A stretch of 64,000 nucleotides of DNA from Mobula birostris (GCF_030028105.1 NC_092372.1:90772687-90836686), one strand, 5' to 3'. Counted from the first letter of the stretch, positions 1-12,649 are shown. Translations and numbers: made by a program. The notes: generated by a model from the sequence alone, not told the origin.

Positions 1-115
1 TGGGGTGAGCGAACCCAGGCTCCCCAACCAAGGGGACTCAGTGGAGCGCATCACCCGGCTCACTTGTGACCCCCACCAGGGAATGCAAGGCTTTCACAAT
101 ATCTTTCCAAACTGA

Positions 116-715
116 ATCAAAGTCAAAGTCAAAAACCGAGTTTATTGTCAAAAGGAAAAGTGCAAATATGCACAGGAGCAACGCAAAACTTACCTTCAGC
201 AGCATCACAGCATCATAAAAGTAGCATTCACAAGAAAAACAAATGAAACAAAAATATCACACACAAAAAATGCTGGAATAATTCAGAAGTCAGGCCTGAC
301 TTGCTGCATTCTTCCAGCATTTTGTGTGTGTTGCTCTAAGCTACTACCATATGCAGAAATTCATGTTCAGAAATCATGCACAATTCTTACAATAAAGAAC
401 ACAATTAAAATAAAGTTTATTATCATGCAAAGGTATTGAAGTGGTGGTAGTGTTGCTAAAGTGTCGTGATGAGGACTGTGCCAGTTGATTCAAGGACCGA
501 AATGTTGAAGGAAGTTACTGTTGGTGTACCGGGTGGTCAGGTTTCTGTATCTCCTGCCTGATGGTTGTTGTAAGACAATGGAAGGGCCCAGATCGTGAGT
601 ATGTTTGATGATGGATATTGCCTTCCTGAGACAGTGCCTCCTGTAGATGATGGGGAAAGAATGTAACAGGAAGTAAGATTGATACATTGTTGCAGCAGAC
701 ATTGACATTTAGTTA
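116..715 (-). mobile_element. Rex1/Babar-type LINE, 3' remnant
   Basis: Minus ORF 490-708 has 'CLRKAISIIK...PSGRRYRNL', matching the C-terminus of other Rex copies here (5437-5772, 33079-33396). Reverse-complement AATAAA at 141 and short-repeat tail at ~116-131. Confidence 0.65.
258..370 (+). mobile_element. Penelope-like pLTR fold-back remnant
   Basis: Inverted arms CACACAAAAAATGCTGGAA...TTCCAGCATTTTGTGTGTG around AGTCAGGCCTGACT. Same family as 3230-3460. Confidence 0.6.
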
Positions 716-1065
716 GATGCTACTGCCTTCACTGAAGTTTGTTCAGTTGATAGCTGTATCGTTGCCATTTGTTTTTGCAAGCAAACAACACAAGTCAGCC
801 CACGTATTCTATAAAATCATTGACTGTTATTAATTCTTGTAATTTGCCTTTTAGTGAGCTTTAACTACATGAAACAGGAGACTAGATATAAAAACATCAA
901 CATCTTCAAAAAGGATGTTAAATGTTGTATACATCCATTATAGATACTGAGGTGTATCTTTAATATTATCACCTTACTATCAGAGATGAAGGGACTAAAG
1001 AAAGTGTTTGTAGCCTATTTTAGGAGCTTGCATTTTAATAAGTTAAAGTATTGTGTAATTGGAAT

Positions 1066-1272
1066 AACACACATAAGTGTTGAAAGAACTCAGCAAGTCA
1101 GGCAGAATCTATAGAGGGGAATAAGCAGCCGACATTCGGGGCATGACCGGTCATCAGGTCTCGGCACAAAACATTGATGCCTTATTCCCCTCCATCAATG
1201 CTGCCTGACTTGCTGAATTCATCCAGCATTTTATGTGTGTTACTTCGTATTCTCTGCAGAGTCCCTTGTGTT
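1066..1272 (+). mobile_element. Penelope-like pLTR fold-back element (degenerate)
   Basis: Arms AACACACATAAGTGTTG...CAGCATTTTATGTGTGTT. Degenerate flanking direct repeat TGTGTAATTGGAAT / TATGCAATCGGATT. Confidence 0.7.
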
Positions 1273-2654
1273 TATGCAATCGGATTTGAGTTCATTGTAA
1301 AATACATTCCCTCTGAAGTCTACTTGAATTTGAAAACCTTTCTTTGTTGAAAAACAGGATCACACAGAAAGAATACACCAGGAAAGGTTGCAGGCTAAAT
1401 CATTATTTAGATATTTTGAATGTTGGGGAAAAATTCCTGTTGAACAAAAATAGCTTTTTTGTATTATGTGAAAAAATGTTTTGCCATTAATCAGCAATTT
1501 TCACATGTTGAGCTCCACTTCTGAATTTTATTGCACTGACTTCAATGAAAACAAGTATCACAAGCTTAGTTCAAGGTACAGTACATGCAATGTCATAAGT
1601 TCAGTGCATGTAATGGAAAGTGAATTTACTTCACGTGAATTGGATCTGAATAGTTTCACAGCAGAAAAACTCAACGGTATATATCTGGAACAGAAAGCAG
1701 CAATGCCTTACCCATTTAAAAAATAATTGATTTTATTTCTGGTGACCAAAGCTAATAATTGGAATTGGTTTTAGTTTTTATGCAGTTCATGGCAGCTCCA
1801 AGATAGAATAAGTTATACTTTACTTTGAGTCTGTGTCCACTGTGTAAAAATTTTAATCTTAATTACTGGAAAATCCAGTTGTCCACTATGGCATACTTCG
1901 CCATTTCCTCTGGACTATCCGCACAAAAACTGGATATTCAACACAGTTTCAAAAAAGTGAGAAAATTAAATTAGCTTCGACCAAGCAATACCTGAGAGGC
2001 TGAAGCAGAATAAATCAGCACAGTCCAAAGTACAGTGGTTACAGATGACGACAGGAGGATTCAATTTTATCCCTGATAACCACGTTAGCCATCTCATAAA
2101 TAGTACGTCAAGAAACGAAGAAAATCATTTCTTACTGTACTGTAAACTCATTGTTAGATTGAGAGAAGGTTCAAAGTCAATGAGTTGTGGTTTTGTAAGC
2201 TCAGGGTTACAGTAATGCCTCAGTAATGAGCATATTACTCACCATGAGTTCGTAGAGTTATATGGATAACTTGTTTAAAGGTGGATTTCCCTGACAAGGG
2301 CAATCTGTTATAAATAGATGCTGCCATTTTTATGTTTCCCTGCAATACTTCAAAAATGCTAATTCATTTAGATAATTGGCTATTTGTACATCTTAATGTG
2401 CATACTGAAGGGAAGTGTATGTTCTTCTTGCAAGTGAAGTAAGAAAACAGGAATATTTTTCAGATCTCTACTTTTGGAAAATAGTAATTCTGTACTCAAT
2501 TACTGCTTCATTACATTTCTCAATTGGAAAAAAAAATCTCATGTCAGCTAATGTTCTCACAAAGTAATAGTTAAAATCCTTGATCCAAGTCTTAACTAGG
2601 AAGTTGGATCCATCATTGCTATCCTGGGCCCAATATATAAATGCAATTACAAAT

Positions 2655-3229
2655 AAGCCAGGCTGTGGCTATATTTTCATTAGGAGTTTGAAGAGACTTG
2701 ATATATCAGCAAAGACTCTTGCAAATTTCTACAGATGTACCTGAAGAGGATTCAAACTGGTTGCATTACCATCTCGTATGGAGGGGCCACTGCACAGGAT
2801 CAGAAAAAGCTGCATTAAGTTACAAACTCAGCCAGTTCCATCATGGGCTCTAGCCTTCCCAGCTCAAGGGCACCTTCAAAAGGCAATGCCTCAAAAAGGC
2901 AGCATCCATTATTGAGGACCCCTGTCATCCAGGACATACCCTCTTCTCATTTCTACAAGGACAAGGTACAGGAACATGAAGACACATACTCAATGTTTTA
3001 GGAACAGCTTCTTCCCCACTGCCATCAGGTTTCTGATGGACAATGAACCCATCTACACTACACAATTTTTTTTGCCTTCTTTTATTCTACTAATTTAATT
3101 TAATTTATATATTTTTTCTTATTGTAATTTATAGTTTCTTTTTTATTATGTATTGCAATGTACTGCTGCCACAAGATGACATATTTCATGACATATAACA
3201 GTGATATTAAACCTGATTCTGATTCTTAT
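2655..3229 (+). mobile_element. Rex1/Babar-type LINE 3' fragment
   Basis: Homologous by eye to 33000-33637. Ends ATTAAACCTGATTCTGATTCT. Confidence 0.75.
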
Positions 3230-3460
3230 AACACACATCAAAGTTGCTTGTGAACACAGCAGGCCAGGAGGCATCTCTAGGAAGAGGTACAGTCGACGTT
3301 TCAGGCCGAGACCATTCGTCAGGCCTTTCGTCCTGACAAAGGGTCTCGACCCAAAACATCGACTGTACCTCTTCCTAGAGATGCTGCCTGGCCTGCTGCA
3401 TTCACCAGCAGCTTTGATGTGTGTTGCTTGAATTTCCAGCATCTGCAGAATTCCTTGTGT
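3230..3460 (+). mobile_element. Penelope-like pLTR fold-back element with 13-bp TSD
   Basis: ~95-bp inverted arms. Flanked by TTCTGATTCTTAT at 3217-3229 and 3461-3473. The arm sequence matches the 3' ends of the GIY-YIG elements at 10358-10882 and 29120-30060. Confidence 0.85.
3290..3323 (-). ncRNA. Minimal hammerhead ribozyme motif (Penelope pLTR type)
   Basis: Minus strand reads C-CTGACGA-atggtctcggcct-GAAA-cg-TC-gactg, with intact CUGANGA, GAAA and UH core. Stems I and II are imperfect in this copy. Confidence 0.6.
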
Positions 3461-3927
3461 TTCTGATTCTTATTCTATGCATAAAGGTTCATGTCATTAG
3501 ACCCTGAAAAGTTTCTTTACCAGTCTTTTCAACATAAGTTCACAGCAAAAGGAAATGGTCTACAACCTCATGAAGACAAAAATAAAAGAATAAGTTAGCA
3601 AAATAACTTCTAGGTACATCTCTTTGTTCTGATAGCTAATAGAAATGAATAGTGTCAACAATTGAAAGTTGCTGACTCTGTCGTGTGCAGGATAGTCACT
3701 TGAGAGTTTAACATGTAGATTAAGTTTCAAACACAGATTTGAGAACCACAGGAATCCAGTGCAAAACTGATCAACTATTCGATAAAACAAGCATTTCTTA
3801 TGTACCCTCCAGTTATTTTGGCATCAAATTCAAAGGGAGAAAGGAGATTTCAACCAGGAGTTCATTCTTGAGTAGGAAAAAATTAAATATGCTCCAGGAG
3901 AGTGTAATTCATGGAACTTTAATGAAT

Positions 3928-4242
3928 TATCATGGTCCAATCCGTGAAGTCCGCATTCCAGTTCATGGTCCGGTCCGTGGACTCAGGACTCCGGGTCTTC
4001 CAGCTGTCCCTTGTTTTGGTTTAGTCTCGTGTGATAGCTCATTCTCTTGTCTGCTTAGAACCATTAGTTCTAGGTTTAGTTCCAAGTTCTGCTCTAGTTT
4101 CAAGATAGTCCCTGTAGATCCCATCTCCTTGTCAAGATTCCTCCGGTTTGCTGTTCTACGTTCATGTCTACGCCAGCATCCCCAACTCAGTCGACGTGCT
4201 GGTGTCCTGCACTTGGGTTCTCCTCAGTTGCCCTGTGCAACA
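3928..4242 (+). mobile_element. Solo LTR (Gypsy-type, probably internally deleted)
   Basis: T(A)TCATGG...AACA termini. 5-bp TSD TGAAT at 3923-3927 and 4243-4247. Start and end resemble solo LTR 39787-41028 (TCATGGTCC...TGCA(C/T)TTGGGT). Confidence 0.75.
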
Positions 4243-4394
4243 TGAATAGCCTTATCTACCAACGAAATACCTTAAATATCCTTCTTCTTTGTCTTCTTAG
4301 GTAGTCCTTCGTAATTGAAGATAACAGGGGCAGAGGATTGGTCATGGGATTGCTTCAGCCGTATATGCTTTGGATATGCTCACTTTGACCTTCA

Positions 4395-6071
4395 AAACAT
4401 GAAGGAACCATCACAAGCTTCTGCAGCCCCTGATGATCCATCCTGTGACTTCAGTCTCTGATGGTGATGTGAGAGCAGCCTTCAGGAGGGTAAACCCATG
4501 AAAAGCATCTGGCCCAGAAGGGCTACCAGGCCAAGTACCAAAGACCTTTGCTGATCAACTGCCTGCAGTGTTCATTGAGATCTTTAACCTCTCCAGTCTG
4601 AGTTACCTGCTTGAAGCAGACTTCACTTAAACAATTGCCTAAGAAGAACATGATAATCTGCCTCAATGACCATCATCCAGTTGCACCTACATCCACAGAG
4701 ATGAAGTGATTTGAGGGGTTAGCGATGAAACATTACAACTCTTGTCTGAGAAGTGACTTGGATCTGCTCCAGTTTGTCTACTGAGGCACAGGTCCACAGC
4801 AGGTGCCATCTCATTGGCCCTTCATTCAATTCTGGAACATCTGGACAACAAAGATGCATACATCAGGATGTTCTTTATCATCTACAGCTCAGCATTCAAT
4901 GCCATCGTCGCCTCAAAACTAATCAATAAGCTCCAAGACCTTGGCCCCAAAAGCTCCTTGTGCAATTGGATCCTTGATTTCCTCACGTGTAGACTCCAGT
5001 CAGTTCAGATTGACAACAACATCTTCTCCACAAGCTCCATCAGTGCAGGTGCACCACAAGGTTGTGTGCTCAACCTCCTGCTCTCTTTGCTTTACACTTA
5101 TGACTGTGTGGCTAAGCACATCTCCAATGCCATTTTCAGCATATTGAAGAGAGGTTGAACATCTTTCTGAGTGGTGCCACAGCAAGACCAAGGAGCAAGA
5201 CAGCTTAATGTCAGCAAGACCAAGGAGCTCATTATTGACTTAAGGAGGAAGAAACCTGAGGTCCTTGAGCCAGTCCTTATCAAGGGTGGAGAGGGTCAGC
5301 AGTTTTAAATTCCTCAGTGTTATAATTTCAGAAAATCTGTCCTGGTTCCAGCATACAAGTACAATTACAAAGAAAGCATAGCAGCACCTGTACTTCCTTA
5401 GGAGTTTGCAGAGATTTGGCATGACATCTACAAACTTTGACAAACTTCTATAGATGTGTGGTGGAGAGTATATTGACTGGCTGTATCACAGCCTGTTGTG
5501 GAAACACCAAGCCCCTTGAATGGAAAATCTGCAAAAATAGTGGATATGGCCCAATCCATTATGGTAAAGCCCTCTCCACCATTGAACACATCTACATGAA
5601 GCTTTGTCAAAGGAAAGCAGCATCCATCATCAGGGACGTCCACAACCCAGATCGTGCTCTCTTCTCACTTCTACCATCAGGAAAAAAGTACAGGAGCCTC
5701 AGGATCCATACCACCAGATTCAGGAACAGTTATTACTTCTCAACCAGCAGGCTCTTGGACCAGAGTGGATAACTTCACTCGCCCCATCATTGAGATGCTC
5801 CCACAACCTACGGATTCACTTTCAAAGACTCTTCATCTCATGTTCTCAATATTTATTGCCTATTTATTTATTATTATTACTTTGTTTCTCTTTGCATTTG
5901 CAAGTTTGTTCCCTTTCGCACACTTGTTGGGTTTGTTTGTCTTGTGTGTGGCTTTCAATGATCATGTGTTGTTTCTGTGTATTTACTGTAAATGCCTGCA
6001 AGAAAATGAAACTCAGGGTTGTATATGGTGACATATATGAACTTTGATGATAAATTTACTTTGAACTTCGA
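4395..6071 (+). mobile_element. Rex1/Babar-type LINE, RT and 3' end, frameshifted
   Basis: ORFs 4814-5158 ('[23 protein letters not shown]...GAPQGCVL') and 5437-5772. Tail ATAAATTTACTTTGAACTTCGA. Confidence 0.9.
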
Positions 6072-6499
6072 GCATTGAGACCAATGTGAGCATTGCCACT
6101 CCTCTATTAATGATATATGTGACTATTTTATATCTAGTAGATTGCAGCAGTTTGTCTAGTTTCTCCCGCAGCAATTCCAAATTCTGCAGATAGTATTAGC
6201 AAGCATATAAACATAATCTCCAAGTCCTCTTCCTTTTATGCCCTGACATTCATTATCTCTGTTCCATAATCCTAGAGCTCCTGACCTATCATCAATTTGT
6301 GTGTAACATCATCATAAACACCACTGCTCCTTTTCTATGCAATCCAGTGAAGGTAGATGTAAAGTCAAAAATCAAAAGCCGAAGATGCCAATAATTGAAA
6401 ATAAAAACTGAACATTCTTGAGGCACTCAACTGGTCAGGTGGCGTCTGTGGAGAGAAAAACGGTGGCAACATTTCAGGTTGATAACTTTCATTGGAATT

Positions 6500-6740
6500 A
6501 GCTAATTGAGATAAACATGTTTTGATATGCTTTAGCTTATGAAAAGGAATATGTAGTTGACAAATTTGTTGAAGTTCTTTGAGGAGGTGTAGTAAACTGA
6601 ATGGATAAATGAATGAGCTGGTTTTGGAGTTTATAAAACTCATTTGATTAGGTGCCACATAAGTTCTATGTAAAATGTAAGGATGCCCCAGACTGACATA
6701 TTGGCATGGATATGGGTGTGACTAACTGATGAGATGAGGA
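6500..6740 (+). mobile_element. Old CR1 RT remnant
   Basis: TTGACAAATTTGTTGAAGTTCTTTGAGGAGGT resembles the CR1 'LTNLLEFFEEV' segment. Appears to resume at ~8660-8860. Confidence 0.5.
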
Positions 6741-7162
6741 CTGTGTCCATAGGGGTCAACCACGGAGGTCTTAGCTGTCTAGATACACAAGCCTGGAGAA
6801 TACAATATGGAGAGCAAGCTGTTGCTCATGTAGCAGGCTGCTCCTCTCCACACATCTGATGAACCCAAAGGAATGGCAGAGACTGACACAATTTAGTACC
6901 AGCCGCATTGCTGGAGTTGCTGGTCAGTGTTGAACTCAACATAGGACTAACTTAGGGACTCCAGCTCCAGATTTTTTCCCTTGGGGGTTTCCTTCCTAAG
7001 CCTTCCCCATCAGTGGGTATAACCACAAGACAGCAGAGGATTGAAATCAGAGCTTTTTTTCCTCCTAGATGAGCTGCCAACCACAGCTGACGAGACCCAT
7101 CCGCCCAAAGTGACAAGTCTTAAGGAGCCAGTAACCCGCCTTTGCCCCTTCTTCTGTCAGTA

Positions 7163-8269
7163 ATGGGGACATTACTAGGGGACATTGCTTTGTGGATCCA
7201 GAACTGGCTTGCCCACAGAAGGCAAGGAGTGGTTGTAGACGGGTCATATTCTGCATGGCGGTCGGTGACCAGTGGTGTGCCTCAGGGATCTGTTCTGGGA
7301 CCCTTACTCTTCGTGATTTTTATAAATGATCTGGATGAGGAAGTGGAGGGATGGGTTAGTAAGTTTTCTGATGACACAAAGGTTGGGGATGTTGTGGATA
7401 GTGTGGAGGGCTGTCAGAGGTTATAGCCGAGCATTGATAGGATGCAAAACTGGGCTGAGAAGTGGCAGATGGAGTTCAACCCAGATAAGTGCGAAGTGGT
7501 TCATTTTGGTAGGTCAAATATGATGGCAGAATATAGCAATAATGGCAAGACTCTTGGCAGTGTGGAGGATCAGAAGGATCTTGGGGTCTGAGTCCATAGG
7601 ACACTCAAAGCAGCTGCGCAGGTTGACTCTGTGGTTAACAAGGCATACAGTGTATTGGCCTTCATCAATCGTGGAATTGAATTTAGGAGCTGAGAGGTAA
7701 TGTTGCAGCTATATAGGACCCTGATCAGACCCCACTTGGAATACTGTGCTCAGTTCTGGTCACCTCACTACAGAAAGGATGTGGAAACCATAGAAAGGGT
7801 GCAGAGGAGATTTACAAAGATGTTGCCTGGAGCATGCCTTATGAAAACAGGTTGAGTGAACCTGGCCTTTTCTCCTTGGAGCGACGGAGGATGAGAGGTG
7901 ACCTGATAGAGGTGTATAAGATGATGAGAGGCATTGATCATGTGGATAGTCAGAGGCTTTTTCCCAGGGCTGAAATGGTTGCCACAAGAGGACACAAGTT
8001 TAAGGTGCTGGGGAGTAGGTACAGAGGAGATGTCAGGGGTAGGTTTTTTACTCAGAGAGTGGTGGGTGCGTGGAATGGGCTGCCAGCAATGGTGATGGAG
8101 GCGGATATGATAGGGTCTTTTAAGAGACTTTTAGATAGGTACATGGAGCTTAGAAAAATAGAGGGCTATGGATAACCCTAGCAATTTCTAAGATAGGGAC
8201 ATGTTTGGTCCAACCTTGTGGGCTGAAGGGCATGTATTGTGCTGTAGGTTTTCTATGTTCTATGTTCTA
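7163..8269 (+). mobile_element. CR1 LINE, 5'-truncated, relatively young
   Basis: ORF 7142-7426 '[22 protein letters not shown]...SKFSDDTK'; ORF 7834-8175 'GLFSLERRRMRGDLIEVYK'; (TTCTATG)n tail. Confidence 0.95.
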
Positions 8270-8374
8270 AATATTTTCACCAGTCTTATTAGCTAAGCCA
8301 CATATGAAGACCAGGAGTTGGAGTTGGTTGTCAGAGGCTATTTCAGACACATGCCACTGGGAACATTTAGTGTT

Positions 8375-8605
8375 GGGCACGTGGCCAAGTGGTTAAGGCG
8401 TTCGTCCAGTGATCTGAAGGTCACTAGTTCGAGCCTCAGCTGTGGCAGCGTGTTTGTATCCTTGAGCAATGCACTTAACCACACATTGCTCTAGTGTCTG
8501 TGCGAGGAGTGGCACCCCACACAGACTTCCAATCTGTGCCTTGTAAGGCATGAAAATGCCCGACACAGGCCTCTCATGGTCTGAGTTGACGTTCCCTCCC
8601 TCCCC
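8375..8605 (+). mobile_element. tRNA-derived CORE-SINE with RTE-like tail
   Basis: A box TGGCCAAGTGG (8382-8392), B box AGTTCGAGCC (8426-8435), CORE-like TGTATCCTTGAGCAATGCACTTAACC. 3' end GGTCTGAGTTGACGT followed by (TCCC)n. Confidence 0.8.
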
Positions 8606-8864
8606 AATAGTTAGTGGGAGCCTGTCCCCATAACTACCGCCAGTGATAACAACCTTAAAGAAACAAGTAAAGCAATGAAAACTAAATAGGATGAATGGAT
8701 GTTTTTTTGGATTGGCAGTCAGTAACTGGTGGTATGCCACTGGTAGCAGCACTGAGTCTTAATAGTATTTATGCTAATGACCTAGATAACAGCTTAAGGT
8801 TACTATAGCCAAATGAGCTGATCCAAAGTGATAGAAGGACACAAAGTGCTTGCAAAGGAATAGT

Positions 8865-9659
8865 GTTTTCCTCCCCTGAAAATGGAGCTTTTCAGAAACA
8901 CTCTCCAGAGTGAATAAATCTGAAAATGCCTAATATTCGGCGTAGTGTGTACGGGGTAACCAGCTATTTTGAAAACCACTGTCATGACGTGCCGGAACAA
9001 ATGGTGGCGGCAGCGCGGTATTTCATTGTTTTCTTGAACGCAACCTCCAACACGACAACAATATCTGACAGTAGATGTGTAACAGCCTCATGTAACATTG
9101 TATGGAAATACAAGATAACACTGATGCAGACATGTTTTATACATTTAATAACGTGCTTTATTAACGTATTGCTTGTGCAAACATTCAATGGATGTAATTG
9201 TCACTTTTACCCAGTAACTTGATTTATTGCACATGTTAAATACAGCAAAATAATACACAAAGACATGGCAAAAGTAAAGGCAAACAAATGTGGGAACAGC
9301 AAAATTCACTTTTGCCCAGTAACAAGCCTTATTGCATTTAGTTGTAGCTGTCGTCCCTTTCATCGGTGAAGAGACTATGGCTGTAGGAAATGTGTCTGGA
9401 CAAATGTGCACCAAGTCTTCCGTCTGGCAATTTCCTTTTAAGTTTTCCTAGTCTGTAACTGGACAAATACGCACCAAGTATACCACTGCCTCTTCGTTTG
9501 TTTTCTGTGTGTCCTGCGCATGCCCAGTAGGAGGAGATTCACCCAAAGATCCATTTTAATGTGGACAGAGGTACTTTTAAAAATGCCTAGTGTGGACGCC
9601 TGTCATTTTTACGCGAAACCGGCATTTTCAAAATTACCCGGTCTAGGGTGGACGTAGCC
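8865..9659. mobile_element. PIF/Harbinger-like non-autonomous DNA transposon (left end missing)
   Basis: Right terminus ...CTAGGGTGGACGTAGCC followed by TAA. Repeated subterminal GTGGAC motifs; CpG-retaining interior without coding signal. Confidence 0.6.
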
Positions 9660-10357
9660 TAAGTTTGTCAGTATAAACAACAAAATAAGTATCTGCACAA
9701 AGGAGCTGAGGATATCTCTGTGTATTTTCTATGACAGCAGAAACTCTTCGAACTGAATTATAGCAAATCCTATTCTGATGTTAGGCTGCAGGGGAGAACT
9801 GAGTTGTGGCACAACCTCTATTATTAATTGTTTTTTCTTCAAAGCTTTGCTGTGCCTTGATGTTAGACCTTCTTTTAGGGTAAATTCTTCTTTTCATATC
9901 AGTACATCATTTTCTCATGTCAGCACATGAAAACATTTTTCTTTTCATGTCAGAGCCCTCTAGATCACTGTCCACTGTTCATCGGTCAAGGCACATTTAG
10001 CTTCAGATCAGGAACAAGCTTGTTCATTTACTTCATTTCTTCCTTTGTTTTCTTCCAGCAGACTGTTCACAATATGATCTTCCAATCACACCCATTGTGT
10101 ACTGTGGCATTCAGTCTGACTGCATATTGTCCTCATCAATCCTAATCTGTGCTGCCCCAACGCTCTCACACTCTGCTATTAAAGTCCTCTCAAATAGACA
10201 CCAGGAAATACCTACACTGAAGAAGTTTAAATCTTCTCTTCAACAGGAGTTTAGTGAAACCCTCTCTCACTGCTTCCATCTATAATTTCTTCAGCCCTTC
10301 AACTTTTCAACCACATTTTGACTCAGCTCTGCTGCCAGTTTACTCCAGTTGGCTTTA

Positions 10358-10882
10358 TGATGTCTATCCACGGCCTCCTCTACTGTCGAGATGAAGCCAC
10401 ACTCAGGTTGGAGGAACAACATCTTATATTAAGTGAGTAGCCTCCAACCTGATGGCATGAATATTGACTCCCCTAACTTCTGTTAATGCCCCACCTCCCC
10501 TTTGTACCCCATCCCTAATTTATTTATTTATTATTATTTTTTCCCTCTCTCTCTTTTTTCTCCCTCTGTCCCTCTCACTATAACTCCTTGCCCATCCTCT
10601 CGGCAAACCCTCCCCCTTTCTTTCTCCCTAGGCCCCCCATCCCATGATTCTCTCCCTTCTCCAGCCTCGTATCCCTTGTGCGGATCAACTTTCCAGCTCT
10701 TAGCTCCATCCCTCCCCCTCCTGTCTTTGCCTATCTCCTCCTCCCCCTCCCACTTTCAAATCTCTTACTACCTCTTCTTTCAGTTAGTCCTGACGAAGGG
10801 TCTCGGCCCAAAACGTTGACTGTACTTCTTCCTATAGATGCTGCCTGGCCTGCTGCGTTCACCGGGATTTTTTATTTGTGTT
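10358..10882 (+). mobile_element. Penelope-like element 3' fragment (GIY-YIG C-terminus, pyrimidine tract, pLTR)
   Basis: Sequence encoding 'YCRDEATLRLEEQHL' matches the ORF 29069-29596 C-terminus. Followed by a pyrimidine tract and a hammerhead-bearing end. Confidence 0.85.
10786..10821 (+). ncRNA. Decayed minimal hammerhead ribozyme
   Basis: AGTC-CTGACGA-A-GGGT CTCG GCCC-(A)AAA-CG-T(T)-GACT. Stem I AGTC/GACT and stem II are intact; core G (10810) and cleavage C (10817) show CpG-type transitions. Confidence 0.6.
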
Positions 10883-11214
10883 CCTTTCAAGTAGATATGG
10901 TTCTAGTTCCTCCCACCTTATGTTCTAAAACTCTGCTTTCCCAATCACACACACACTATCTGCAGTTCCATTCACTCACGCAATCTGCTGTTACATCCTT
11001 TAAACAGCGCTTCTTTCTGCTACAGCCTTTACATTCCCTCCTGCTGGAATCAAGACATTGTGAACATTGCAGGCACCTTACTGTAATTGATAAATTATTT
11101 AATGTACTCCTACATGATGGAACATGTATTCTGAGTTAAATTGAGGCCTGGTTCTTCGAAGAAATAAAAGTGCAAAAACTCATCGTAGTAATCACCTTAC
11201 TAGGTACAAGTAGA

Positions 11215-11520
11215 GGTCAGCTTTTCTTTGTCACATGTACATAGGAACATACAATAACATGTGTTGTTTGCATCACTCACATCAGCAAGGATTGTACTGT
11301 AAGGCCCAGAAGTGTCACCATGCTTCTGACTTCAACATAGCATGCCCACAACTTACTAAACCTAACCTGTACATCTGTGGAATGTGTGAGCAAACTGAGC
11401 AACCAGGCTAAACCCACAGCTACAAACTATTTACAGGCAATGGCAGGAATCGAACCCCAACCTTACAGCTACATGCTGTAAAGTGTGACACTAACTGCTA
11501 TGCTGCCATGCCACGCTAGC
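11215..11520 (-). mobile_element. V-SINE (HE1-like), degenerate
   Basis: Reverse complement of head GTGGCATGGCAGCATAGCAGTTAG...GGTTCGATTCC. Homologous to 59746-60085. Confidence 0.65.
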
Positions 11521-11859
11521 ATGAGGAGACACCAGCAATGATAAAGAAGGCCTCAGGTTATCCTGTTTCAAGTCTGTTAACCACAGAGTATAGTTCATTG
11601 AATGCAGGATTCATATCCATCTGAAGTGAGATGTAGATTGTCTTCAGGATAACTGAAGAGATCTCCCGCTGCAGATAGTATGGGTAATACTTCATTGTTA
11701 GATATTCCAAGCTAGGTGAGCAGGAGCTCACCAGAATGTTATGTCCAAGCATCTTTCAATATTGATTAATAAAAGAAACCCATCCATCTCTAACTTTGCC
11801 CAAGAACACAATGGGGTCCATCTGATGAATTGTGTGGGGCAGTCAGATAAAGCAGGAGT

Positions 11860-12399
11860 ATGATGATGATTATGAAGACACACAGTCCTCTTTTATTGTC
11901 ATTTAGTAATGCATGCATTAAGAAATAATACACTATTTTCTCCGGTGTGATATCACAAAACACAGGACAAACCAAGACTGAAAAAACTGACAAAACCACA
12001 TAAGTATAACATATAGTTACAAACAATGTAACAATACCATAACTCGATGAAGAAGTCCATGAGCACAGTAAAGTTCAAAGTTTCTCAAATGTCCCACATC
12101 TCACGCAGACGGGAGAAGGAAGAAAAACTCTCCCTACCATGCCGACCACAATCCGACTCTGAGTCATCCGAAAACTTTGAGCTCTGATCAGCTCTCCGAC
12201 ACCGAGTACTGAGCACCATCTCTGTCCGAACGATTTGACCTCCTTCTCGGTCGCCAAAAGCAGGCAAAGCCGGGGATTTTGAGGTCTACCCTCCGAAAGA
12301 TTCACGACCACACAGTAATGACAGCAGCGAACGGGCGTTTCAGAAATTTCTCCAGATGTTCCTCTGTGCTTTCACGTTCATTCTCCATCAAATCAGAAT
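11860..12399 (-). mobile_element. Unclassified non-autonomous retroposon
   Basis: Minus strand ends ACAATAAAAGAGGACTGTGTGTCTTCATAATCATCATCAT (poly(A) signal plus ATC repeat tail). CpG-rich body stands out from its flanks. Confidence 0.5.
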
Positions 12400-12649
12400 G
12401 GCATGTGTAAGCCATACTTTGGAGAAATATAGCACACAGCAGTCCCTCAGTTTTCTTTACTCGGTCAGTCTCATCAACTTTGTTCTCAATAGCTTGTAAT
12501 ATGCTGGGAGGGGGCATGAACTCACATTGTTGTGGCTTAACCTGCAGCCCAGCTTCCTACTTCACTCCTGAGGGAAGTGGCTGTGTCTAGTTGGTACTGG
12601 AAGTCCTGGAGTGGGCTCACCTGAACTGGAAGTTAATCTGCTGCTTAGC

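Larger units (their letters stand above)
6745..8650. mobile_element. Non-autonomous RTE-like repeat, split by CR1 and a CORE-SINE
   Basis: Motifs AGCCTTCCCCATCAGTGGGTATAACCACAAGACAGCAGAGG and CCTCCTAGATGAGCTGCCAACC resemble RTE-family UTR sequences as recalled. Family assignment is uncertain. Confidence 0.4.

Noticed and set aside
3146-3442. Overlapping ORFs on both strands with similar translations (also 30382-30725)
   Set aside because: Consequence of the palindromic pLTR element.
3739-4245. 168-aa ORF
   Set aside because: Runs from flanking DNA into a solo LTR; chance open frame.
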